Position numbers and translations under genes: made by a program. From Aestuariivivens insulae (GTDB lineage Bacteria; Bacteroidota; Bacteroidia; Flavobacteriales; Flavobacteriaceae), in NCBI RefSeq assembly GCF_022662195.1, contig NZ_JAKMCS010000006.1, forward strand, positions 3,421 to 27,420: DNA of 24,000 nt, read 5' to 3'. Each line of letters starts with the position of its first letter. The first letter of the stretch is position 1. This document shows positions 9,492 through 17,168 of the stretch, piece after piece. The notes below the pieces were generated by a model. The model was not told the origin of the DNA and searched no databases. It worked only from the letters and a program-made list of their open reading frames with translations.

Positions 9492-10688
9492 ATGGATAAA
9501 TTTCCAAAAAACCTCCAACATAAGCTTGACGAACGAAAGGTGGCCAATGCCTTAAGGCAGTTAAATAAACCATCTGGTTTGGTAGATTTTTCGTCTAATG
9601 ATTATTTGGGTTTGGCGAAGTCTAAAGACCTTTTTGAACAAACACACAATTATTTAATTCATCATAATATTGCCCAAAATGGGGCTACGGGATCCCGATT
9701 GCTTTCGGGAAACCATCCGCTGTATTCTGTTTTAGAAGCGGCATTTTGTGAGTTCCATAAAAGTGAAGCCGCTTTGGTGTTCAATTCGGGTTACGATGCT
9801 AATGTGGGGCTTTTTTCAAGCGTGCCACAACGCGGTGATATTATTCTATACGATGAATACATTCATGCCTCCATTCGCGATGGTATAAAATTGTCGAATG
9901 CCCAGGCTTATAAGTTTAAGCATAACGATTTGGATGATTTAGGCCGTCACCTTAAGCGAAGGCGAGAAGTTTTAAAAGACCATACAATATATGTTGCTAC
10001 AGAATCGGTTTTCTCAATGGATGGGGACACGCCCAACCTGATTAAGCTTGTTGAGCTGTGCAAAGCCTATGGAGCCTTTGTTATAGTGGATGAAGCTCAT
10101 GCCGTTGGTGTTTTTGGAGCAAACGGTTGCGGAATAGTTCAAGAACTAGGACTGGAACAGGATGTTTTTGCTAGGCTCATTACATTTGGAAAAGCCCTAG
10201 GTTGTCATGGCGCAGTTATTTTAGGAAGTGAAGACCTAAAGCAATATTTGGTTAATTTTTCGCGAAGTTTTATTTATACAACCGCTTTGCCTCCGCATAG
10301 TTTGGCGACGATCCAAATGGCTTATAATATGCTTGTCAATCTGGGTAAAAAAGGTGGGGCTCAAGTTCAAAAGCTACACCAAAACATTGCGTTTTTTAAA
10401 GCTGAAATTAACAGGCTTCAATTTAACCTTTTTCCTTTAGGGAGAGTGCCCCAAGGGCAATTAGGGTTTATTGAGAGCCATTCGGCAATCCATTGCTGTG
10501 TGGTTTCAGGAAATGATACCGTAAAATTGATCGCTGCGAAACTTCAGGAACACGGATTTGATGTAAAGCCCATATTATCGCCCACAGTGCCCAAAGGAGA
10601 AGAACGTTTACGTTTTTGTTTGCATGCGTTTAATTCTGAACAGGAAATTTCGGAAGTCTTAAAAGTGTTAGCTACTTTTGTAGCGTAA
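9492..10688 (+). CDS. bioF: 8-amino-7-oxononanoate synthase
   Basis: It shows the alpha-oxoamine synthase pattern: GATGSRLLSGN, SGYDANVG, SVFSMDGD, VDEAHAVG, the PLP-lysine motif TFGKALG, and C-terminal PTVPKGEERLRFCL. Confidence 0.92.
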   Translation: MDKFPKNLQHKLDERKVANALRQLNKPSGLVDFSSNDYLGLAKSKDLFEQTHNYLIHHNIAQNGATGSRLLSGNHPLYSVLEAAFCEFHKSEAALVFNSGYDANVGLFSSVPQRGDIILYDEYIHASIRDGIKLSNAQAYKFKHNDLDDLGRHLKRRREVLKDHTIYVATESVFSMDGDTPNLIKLVELCKAYGAFVIVDEAHAVGVFGANGCGIVQELGLEQDVFARLITFGKALGCHGAVILGSEDLKQYLVNFSRSFIYTTALPPHSLATIQMAYNMLVNLGKKGGAQVQKLHQNIAFFKAEINRLQFNLFPLGRVPQGQLGFIESHSAIHCCVVSGNDTVKLIAAKLQEHGFDVKPILSPTVPKGEERLRFCLHAFNSEQEISEVLKVLATFVA

Positions 10689-10690
10689 AA

Positions 10691-10768
10691 GTCATTGCAA
10701 ACGAAGTAAAAAGCAATCTGTTTTTTTGAAAAGATTGTCACGTCGCTTTGGCTCCACGCTATGATAGA
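10691..10768. repeat. Degenerate palindromic (REP/MITE-like) element filling the bioF-bioD gap
   Basis: ATTGC (10694-10698) pairs with GCAAT (10713-10717) and is followed by T7 (10721-10727). An overlapping alternative pairs CAATCT (10714-10719) with AGATTG (10732-10737). The outer arms GTCATTGC (10691-) and GCTATGAT (-10765) are imperfectly complementary. Confidence 0.5.
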
Positions 10769-10774
10769 TAATCA

Positions 10775-11389
10775 ATGAAACAACAAACATATTTTATTAC
10801 CGGAATAGGAACCGATGTGGGCAAAACTATAGTTTCGGCCATACTAACCGAAGCCTTGGAAGCCGATTATTGGAAACCCGTACAAGCGGGGGATCTGGAT
10901 CATAGCGACACCCATAAGGTGCAGGCTTTAATATCGAATAGCAAATCGGTTTTCCACCCTAATAGTTACGCGTTAAAAACGCCAATGAGTCCCCATGCGG
11001 CAGCAGAGATAGACGGTTTAACTATCGATTTAAAAACTATTAAAACTCCCGAAACTAAAAACCATTTGGTGATAGAAGGGGCTGGCGGTCTATTGGTGCC
11101 ATTAAACGATTCGCAAACGGTTTTGGATATTATAAAGCCTGCTTATAAGGTTGTTGTAGTATCTCGTCATTATTTAGGAAGCATTAACCATACACTTTTA
11201 ACGGTTAACTTGTTAAAGGAAAAAGGTTTTGATGTTTCCATTGTTTTTAATGGAAAAGAACACCCAACCACAGAATCTATTATTAAGAAGATGACAAAGG
11301 TCCCAGTTATAGGGCGTATAGATGAGGAACCTTATTTCGATAAAAACGTAGTAAAGGAATATGCTGAAGCTTTTAAGGAAAATCTTTAG
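10775..11389 (+). CDS. bioD: Dethiobiotin synthase
   Basis: It has the P-loop ITGIGTDVGKT, followed by YWKPVQAG, IEGAGGLLVPL and a SRHYLGSINHTLL-type segment. At 204 aa the length is typical. Confidence 0.92.
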   Translation: MKQQTYFITGIGTDVGKTIVSAILTEALEADYWKPVQAGDLDHSDTHKVQALISNSKSVFHPNSYALKTPMSPHAAAEIDGLTIDLKTIKTPETKNHLVIEGAGGLLVPLNDSQTVLDIIKPAYKVVVVSRHYLGSINHTLLTVNLLKEKGFDVSIVFNGKEHPTTESIIKKMTKVPVIGRIDEEPYFDKNVVKEYAEAFKENL

Positions 11390-11395
11390 CTATTG

Positions 11396-11413
11396 TTCCT
11401 GCATAGGCAGGAA
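11396..11413. repeat. GC-rich hairpin TTCCTGC-atag-GCAGGAA
   Basis: It is a perfect 7-bp inverted repeat with a 4-nt loop. It begins 7 nt after the bioD stop codon. Confidence 0.6.
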
Positions 11414-11442
11414 TCCAGATAAGGTATTTAATAATTAAAAAG

Positions 11443-11462
11443 ATTTCTGCTTACGCAGGAAT
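11443..11462. repeat. Second copy of the same hairpin family, ATTTCTGC-ttac-GCAGGAAT
   Basis: The 8-bp stem has one G-U wobble and a 4-nt loop. It ends 8 nt before the bioA ATG. It shares the CTGC-N4-GCAGGAAT core with the hairpin at 11396-11413. Confidence 0.6.
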
Positions 11463-11470
11463 GATGAAAT

Positions 11471-12736
11471 ATGACACTAAACGAACGCGATAAAAAACAC
11501 CTTTGGCACCCATTAACGCAGCATAAGCTGCACCCAGATGCCATTGCCATTACAAAAGCTAAAGGCTGTGTGTTAACCGATGAAAACGGAAATGAATATA
11601 TCGATGCCATTGCGTCTTGGTACACCTGCATGTATGGGCATTGTAACGATTATATTACCAGTAGGGTGGCCACTCAAATGCAACAATTGGATCAGGTGGT
11701 TTTTAGTGGGTTTACCCACGAACCAGCAATAAAACTATCTGAAGCACTAATTAACATACTGCCAAGTAACCAAAATAAAATCTTTTTTAGCGATAATGGT
11801 TCCACCAGTGTAGAGATAGGGGTGAAGATGGCATTACAGTACCATTTTAACAATGGAGAAAAACGAAATATATTAATTGCTTTTGAAGAAGGTTTTCATG
11901 GCGATACCTTTGGGGCTATGAGCGTGTCCGGACTGTCGGTATATAATGGCCCTTTCGAAGATTTCTTTTTAGAGGTAAAACGCATTCCAACACCAAACGG
12001 AACAAATCATGATGCCATATTAAAAACTCTAAAAAATATTAAAGAAAACCATAAAGTGGCCGGGTTTGTTTATGAACCTTTGGTACAAGGTGCGGCGGCG
12101 ATGAAGATGCATAATGCTGAAGGTTTAAACACTATTTTAAATTTTTGCAGGCAAAATAATATTGTTACTATTGCCGATGAGGTAATGACGGGTTTTGGAA
12201 AAACTGGACGTTATTTCGCATCAGATTATATGGAAACCAAACCAGATATTATGTGTTTGAGTAAAGCCTTAACGGGAGGTTTGTTGCCCATGGCACTAAC
12301 GACATGTTCACAGCATATTTATGATGCCTTTTATAGTGACGATATTAGTAAGGGGCTTTTTCATGGGCATACCTACTCGGCCAATCCATTGGCTTGTACT
12401 GCTGCTTTGGCTGGTGTAGCGTTGTTGCAATCTAAAGACATTCAAAATAATATAAAACGCGTTATAAAAGCTCATCAAGCGTTTAATGAACGTATTAAAA
12501 CGCATCCAAAAGTAAAATCTACAAGGCAGTTGGGTGTTATTTTTGCATTGGATTTAAATGTTGAAATGGAGCGGTATGGCAATTTACGAGATAAACTGTT
12601 TAAATTTTTTATGGACAAAGGGGTGTTTTTAAGACCTTTGGGAAGCACAATATACATTCAGGCTCCTTATGTGATTTCAGAAAAACAATTAGAGAAAGTC
12701 TATAAAACTATTGAAGAAGCTTTGTCAATAGTGTAA
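11471..12736 (+). CDS. bioA: Adenosylmethionine-8-amino-7-oxononanoate aminotransferase
   Basis: It is a class III aminotransferase: HLWHP, WYTCMYGH, FFSDNGSTSVE, GFHGDTFGAMS, DEVMTGFGKTG, and the PLP-lysine motif LSKALTGG. It is 421 aa. Confidence 0.92.
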   Translation: MTLNERDKKHLWHPLTQHKLHPDAIAITKAKGCVLTDENGNEYIDAIASWYTCMYGHCNDYITSRVATQMQQLDQVVFSGFTHEPAIKLSEALINILPSNQNKIFFSDNGSTSVEIGVKMALQYHFNNGEKRNILIAFEEGFHGDTFGAMSVSGLSVYNGPFEDFFLEVKRIPTPNGTNHDAILKTLKNIKENHKVAGFVYEPLVQGAAAMKMHNAEGLNTILNFCRQNNIVTIADEVMTGFGKTGRYFASDYMETKPDIMCLSKALTGGLLPMALTTCSQHIYDAFYSDDISKGLFHGHTYSANPLACTAALAGVALLQSKDIQNNIKRVIKAHQAFNERIKTHPKVKSTRQLGVIFALDLNVEMERYGNLRDKLFKFFMDKGVFLRPLGSTIYIQAPYVISEKQLEKVYKTIEEALSIV

Positions 12737-12802
12737 ATTTGCAAGCTTAAGGTCAACCTTGAACTGTTATACTTTTTTGCTAAAGAGCTGTTTTTAGGTT
12801 AC

Positions 12803-14017
12803 ATGACAAAAACTATGCAAAAACCAATCTCAATAACCGCATTAGCATCGATTTCACCATTAGGTAAATCATTACAAGAATCTTGGGCTAGCTATCAAAA
12901 TAACCGTCATTGTTTTATTGAAAAGCGAGTGCTAAAAACACCTGTTTTTGTTGCGGAGCTTACTAAAGAAGCACAACAGGATATCACATTGTTACGACAA
13001 TCTGATGCCAAGTACAAATCGCTGGACGATACCGTTTTATACGCCATTTATGCATCAAGGCAAGCTGTAGAACAAGCAGGCTGGAAGGCATCTGATAATT
13101 TTGGTATAAACATTGGGTCTTCGCGAGGCGCTACGGGACTTTTTGAAACCTATCACGAAGATTTTTTAAAGAAGCATAAAGCAAAAACCTTAAGCTCCCC
13201 AACAACTACTTTAGGGAACATATCGTCTTGGGTAGCACACGATTTACAAACCCAAGGCCCAGAGATTAGTCATTCCATTACCTGTTCTACGGCATTGCAC
13301 GCGGTGTTAAATGGCATTGCCTGGATAAACTCGGGAATGTGCAATCAATTTTTGGTAGGTGGTAGTGAAGCACCGTTAACACCATTTACCATTGCCCAAA
13401 TGCAGGCGTTAAAGATTTATTCAAAACAGGACTCGTCAGGTCGAGCGCAGTCGAGACCTTATGGTGCCATACGAGATGACATAGACTACCCTTGCCGTGC
13501 TTTGGACTTTGGTAAAAAGCAAAACACCATGGTTTTGGGCGAAGGTGCATCTATGGCTTGTTTGGAAGCAGGTATTAAGTCCAATGCCTTGGCTGTTATT
13601 AAAGGCTATGGCTATGCGACCGAAATATTGGAACACAACATATCCATTTCCAGTGATGCCCAATGTTTTCAGCGTTCTATGGCAATGGCTATGGCCGATA
13701 CACCTCCCGATGAGGTTGACGCCGTGGTTATGCATGCTCCCGGAACCATAAAAGGAGATATATCTGAGTATAACGCCATAAAAAAAGTGTTCTGTAACAA
13801 AATGCCAAGTTTAACTACTAATAAATGGAAAGTAGGTCACAGCTTTGGTGCTTCGGGACTTTTAAGTATGGAATTGGCGGTTTTAATGTTACAACACCAA
13901 CAATTCATCAATGTTCCTTTTTACGCTCAAAAGCCAACCAAGCAATTGAAAAATATACTGGTTAACGCCGTAGGGTTTGGTGGTAATGCTGTTAGCATTT
14001 TACTTTCAAGAGAATGA
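12803..14017 (+). CDS. Beta-ketoacyl-ACP synthase I/II family protein (elongating-type condensing enzyme) embedded in the bio cluster
   Basis: It retains Cys161 in HSITCSTALHA (nt 13283-13285), His311 in VVMHAPGTIKGD, Lys341 and His346 in TNKWKVGHSFGASG, and C-terminal NAVGFGGNAVS. That is a full FabF/FabB-like Cys-His-His plus Lys set. It is on the same strand as bioA and starts 66 nt after it. Confidence 0.88.
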   Translation: MTKTMQKPISITALASISPLGKSLQESWASYQNNRHCFIEKRVLKTPVFVAELTKEAQQDITLLRQSDAKYKSLDDTVLYAIYASRQAVEQAGWKASDNFGINIGSSRGATGLFETYHEDFLKKHKAKTLSSPTTTLGNISSWVAHDLQTQGPEISHSITCSTALHAVLNGIAWINSGMCNQFLVGGSEAPLTPFTIAQMQALKIYSKQDSSGRAQSRPYGAIRDDIDYPCRALDFGKKQNTMVLGEGASMACLEAGIKSNALAVIKGYGYATEILEHNISISSDAQCFQRSMAMAMADTPPDEVDAVVMHAPGTIKGDISEYNAIKKVFCNKMPSLTTNKWKVGHSFGASGLLSMELAVLMLQHQQFINVPFYAQKPTKQLKNILVNAVGFGGNAVSILLSRE

Positions 14018-14022
14018 CAAGT

Positions 14023-14946
14023 TTATCTCTTTAGGATTTTATTTAAAATGGCTTCACACAATCGATGGGTCTCCAAAATATCTTCAATATTTTGATTGTT
14101 AAATGTATTTTCATCTAGAACGCTTAACCAATTTTCAATTAGATCCTCAAATCCTCTTTTGTATAAGGTAGGTGTCCAATTGTCAAATGTTAAATGCGTT
14201 TTGGCTTCATTGTGAAAGTGATAGCCAGCATCCAATTCGTTAATCACCCATTTATGGCCATGGGTAAAATATTCCAAGCGCTCTTCGGTAATACCATTAA
14301 CGCGGTTCATAGTCCCATATAAAAGCGTGTTGCCTTGTTGCCATTGGACATTGATGCTAAGTAATTGACCTTTATCCATATGCGAAAAGACTTGTAAATT
14401 TTCAACTTTTCCATTAGCTAAAAAACGTAAGCTATCTACAACATGGATAAAATCATCCAATACAAAAACCCTGGGATCTGCAGGAAGATTAACCCTATTT
14501 TTTTGCCAATGTACCTGTAGGGGCTGCGCTTTTTTTTTCAATGCTGAAATTAACGGGGCAAACCTACGGTTAAACCCAACATAAAGCGGCGTTTGGATTT
14601 GTATAGCCAGATTTAGAAGTTCTTCGGTCTCGCTTAGAGTATAACAAATGGGCTTGTCTACAAAAACGGGTATACCGGCAATTAAAAGGGATTTTATAAT
14701 GGTATAATGGCTTTCTGTAGCCGTATGAACCATAGCGGCATCGGGGAGACTTTTAATAAGTGTATCGACATTTGTATAATACTCTGCAATTCGATATTTG
14801 TTAGCCAATGTTTTTAAAACGGCCTCATTTCTGGTGCAAAGAACAGGTGTTACTTTAGCGTGGTTTGCCATGATGGGGAGGTATGCTTTTTGAGCGATAC
14901 CGCCCAGACCTATTAATGCTATTCGCTTTTTTAGTGTGTTAGTCAT
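14023..14946 (-). CDS. Gfo/Idh/MocA family NAD(P)-dependent oxidoreductase
   Basis: The N-terminal Rossmann motif is RIALIGLGGIAQKAYLP, followed by the family-typical VFVDKP and FNRRF segments. It is convergent with the ketosynthase gene (5-nt gap) and divergent from bioB (92-nt gap). Confidence 0.85.
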   Translation of the reverse strand: MTNTLKKRIALIGLGGIAQKAYLPIMANHAKVTPVLCTRNEAVLKTLANKYRIAEYYTNVDTLIKSLPDAAMVHTATESHYTIIKSLLIAGIPVFVDKPICYTLSETEELLNLAIQIQTPLYVGFNRRFAPLISALKKKAQPLQVHWQKNRVNLPADPRVFVLDDFIHVVDSLRFLANGKVENLQVFSHMDKGQLLSINVQWQQGNTLLYGTMNRVNGITEERLEYFTHGHKWVINELDAGYHFHNEAKTHLTFDNWTPTLYKRGFEDLIENWLSVLDENTFNNQNIEDILETHRLCEAILNKILKR

Positions 14947-15013
14947 GCTTCAAATTTAAACGTTTCATGTTAAATTAATAGTTTTTATCTTTAGCTATCT
15001 TAGGCATAATACT

Positions 15014-15021
15014 TACTTTTG
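15014..15021 (+). promoter_or_regulatory. Candidate -7 promoter box TACTTTTG for bioB
   Basis: It matches TAnnTTTG and ends 17 nt upstream of the bioB ATG at 15039. Confidence 0.35.
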
Positions 15022-15038
15022 CTAAAAATTATCTGAGC

Positions 15039-16133
15039 ATGATCGAAACAAGACATAACTGGACCAAAGAAGAAATTCTGGAGATATACAACAAACCTTT
15101 TATGGAATTGCTTTATGATGCTGCTACAGCACACAGGTTGCACCACGACCCTAATGTGGTTCAGGTAAGCACTTTGTTGTCCATTAAAACGGGAGGGTGC
15201 TCGGAAGACTGTGGCTATTGTCCGCAAGCAGCACGTTACCATACCAATATAGAAGGTAATGATCTCATGTCTGTACAACAAGTGAAAGCCCAAGCCCTAA
15301 GAGCCAAAGAAAGCGGAAGCTCCAGAGTATGTATGGGAGCTGCCTGGCGTAATGTAAAAGATGGTGAAGAGTTCGATCAGGTACTTGAAATGGTACGTTC
15401 TATAAACAAATTGGATATGGAAGTGTGCTGTACTTTAGGCATGCTTACAGAAAATCAGGCTAAGCGTTTGGCCGAAGCTGGACTGTATGCTTACAACCAT
15501 AATTTAGACTCATCGGAAGAATATTATAAAGAAGTAATTTCTACAAGGGGATTTCAAGACCGTTTGGATACTATAGATAACGTACGTAAAACAAATGTAA
15601 CGGTATGTAGTGGTGGTATTATTGGAATGGGGGAGAAGGTTGAAGACCGAGCAGGGATGCTAGTGGCCTTGTCTACATTAAACCCACAGCCCGAATCGGT
15701 GCCCATTAATGCTTTGGTTGCGGTAGAAGGTACACCATTGGAAGATCAAGAACCTGTATCTATTTGGGATATGGTACGCATGGTAGCAACGACACGTATT
15801 GTGATGCCAGAAACTCAGGTACGTTTAAGTGCAGGGCGTACCCAAATGACCCGTGAAGGACAGGCCATGTGCTTTTTTGCGGGGGCCAACTCCATTTTTG
15901 CGGGTGATAAATTGCTAACCACACCTAATCCTGATGTTAATGAAGACATGAAAATGTTTGAATTGCTAGGGTTAAATCCACAAAAGCCATTTACTAAAAA
16001 GGTACAACCCCAGACGGTTGAAGCCAAAGATTCCCAATACCAAGATTTGGGTGAAAAGCCAAAGTGGACACGTCCAGACCATACTATTGAACGTAACGAA
16101 GCGGCTAAGCAAAAAGCTAAAACCCTTAAATAA
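15039..16133 (+). CDS. bioB: Biotin synthase (radical SAM)
   Basis: It is colinear with E. coli BioB as I recall it: VQVSTLLSIKTGGCSEDCGYCPQ (CxxxCxxC cluster), CMGAAWRN, YNHNLDSS, VCSGGIIGMGE, PESVPIN, VRLSAGR, FFAGANSIF. Confidence 0.95.
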   Translation: MIETRHNWTKEEILEIYNKPFMELLYDAATAHRLHHDPNVVQVSTLLSIKTGGCSEDCGYCPQAARYHTNIEGNDLMSVQQVKAQALRAKESGSSRVCMGAAWRNVKDGEEFDQVLEMVRSINKLDMEVCCTLGMLTENQAKRLAEAGLYAYNHNLDSSEEYYKEVISTRGFQDRLDTIDNVRKTNVTVCSGGIIGMGEKVEDRAGMLVALSTLNPQPESVPINALVAVEGTPLEDQEPVSIWDMVRMVATTRIVMPETQVRLSAGRTQMTREGQAMCFFAGANSIFAGDKLLTTPNPDVNEDMKMFELLGLNPQKPFTKKVQPQTVEAKDSQYQDLGEKPKWTRPDHTIERNEAAKQKAKTLK

Positions 16134-16195
16134 GTTGTGTTTCCGCTTTTGAGGTAATGAAAGCTTGCAATTAAAATATATCGGAAAACCCGAAA

Positions 16196-16246
16196 CATTT
16201 TGGTGGCTGAGGTTCTCGAAGTCACTAAAAGGATAACACCAAAATG
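16196..16246. repeat. Long inverted repeat or hairpin downstream of bioB
   Basis: CATTTTGGTG (16196-16205) is the perfect reverse complement of CACCAAAATG (16237-16246). The 31-nt loop can form a competing inner hairpin, GTGGCT...AGTCAC (16203-16225, one G-U pair). A short T-rich tract (ctatttt) follows. Confidence 0.5.
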
Positions 16247-16301
16247 CTATTTTAAGTTAAATAACCTTTTCTTAACTTTGACGATCTAAATTCTAAGGCT
16301 T

Positions 16302-17168
16302 GTGTCGTTAAACCTACAGGACATTCCGCGTGTTAAGACCATTACGAAGGCGGATTTTTTAAAGCACTATTTTAAACCACAAATACCTGTGGTTATTGAA
16401 CGTTTTATTGAAGATTGGCCCGCCTATTCCAAGTGGAGTTTAGATTATATGAAAGCCACAGCGGGTGATAAAACGGTGCCGCTTTACGACGATAGACCAG
16501 TTGATTATAAAGATGGGTTTAACGAGCCGCATGCCAAGATGAAGATGGGAGATTATGTAGACCTGCTAAAAAGTGAGCCTACAAAATACCGGATCTTTCT
16601 TTGGAATATTTTAAAGGAAGTGCCTCAGCTTCAAAATGATTTCTCGTATCCCGATTTTGGCTTGCGGCTCATGAAAGGGTTGCCCATGTTGTTTTTTGGC
16701 GGAATGGATTCCTATACTTTCATGCATTACGATATTGATTTGGCCAATATTTTTCATTTTCATTTTGAAGGCCAAAAACAATGTATTTTGTTCGACCAAA
16801 AACAAAATGACTATTTGTATAAAATACCACATTCACTTATTACCAGGGAAGACATTGATTTTAATAACCCAGACTTTGATAAATGGCCGGCATTAAAGCA
16901 GGCCAAAGGGTGGATTTGCGAACTTAACCACGGCGAGGTGTTATACATGCCAGAAGGGTATTGGCACTACATGCGTTATGTAACGCCTGGTTTTTCAATG
17001 AGTTTGCGTGCTATTGCCAGAAATCCACAAAATTTGGGAAAGGCTATTTATAATGTGTTCATTATGCGATCTCTAGATAATGCGATGCGCAGGGTTAAAG
17101 GTCAAAAATGGATAGATTGGAAAAATGAGCAGGCTATCTTGAGAACACACAAAAGAACAGCTATTTAA
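16302..17168 (+). CDS. JmjC/cupin-like (Cupin_8) putative Fe(II)/2-oxoglutarate oxygenase
   Basis: The N-terminus (FLKHYFKPQIPVVIERFIEDWPAYSKW) is typical of JmjC cupins. An HxD...H facial triad is plausible from FMHYD and PEGYWHYM. It uses a GTG start at 16302. Confidence 0.75.
   Translation: MSLNLQDIPRVKTITKADFLKHYFKPQIPVVIERFIEDWPAYSKWSLDYMKATAGDKTVPLYDDRPVDYKDGFNEPHAKMKMGDYVDLLKSEPTKYRIFLWNILKEVPQLQNDFSYPDFGLRLMKGLPMLFFGGMDSYTFMHYDIDLANIFHFHFEGQKQCILFDQKQNDYLYKIPHSLITREDIDFNNPDFDKWPALKQAKGWICELNHGEVLYMPEGYWHYMRYVTPGFSMSLRAIARNPQNLGKAIYNVFIMRSLDNAMRRVKGQKWIDWKNEQAILRTHKRTAI

Noticed and set aside
13438-13459. Locally GC-rich patch AGGTCGAGCGCAGTCGAGACCT (TCGAG repeated, AGGTC/GACCT inverted) inside the ketosynthase gene, at the region about 19 aa longer than FabF. 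I considered an in-frame REP-like insertion, as with Rickettsia palindromic elements.
   Set aside because: The patch encodes SRPY...RDD, which resembles the conserved KAS motif SRP(W/F)D..RDG. It may therefore be ordinary conserved coding sequence, with the extra residues lying elsewhere. I cannot resolve this without an alignment to homologues.
13436-13751. Two overlapping ORFs (99 aa minus strand, 84 aa plus-strand alternative frame) inside the ketosynthase gene. Others lie inside bioF/bioA/bioB/cupin/umuD/susC: 10544-10741, 11428-11631, 12308-12657, 15000-15293, 15815-16225, 16611-16896, 20188-20445, 23176-23475, 23605-23796.
   Set aside because: They overlap CDS that have unambiguous catalytic motifs, and they have no motif support of their own. 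ORFs 11428-11631 and 15815-16225 extend into intergenic hairpin regions only by chance.
15900-16133. C-terminal Lys/Glu-rich tail of BioB (364 aa), considered as a possible extra domain.
   Set aside because: E. coli BioB (346 aa as I recall) also carries a non-conserved C-terminal tail. The difference is under 20 residues of low-complexity sequence.
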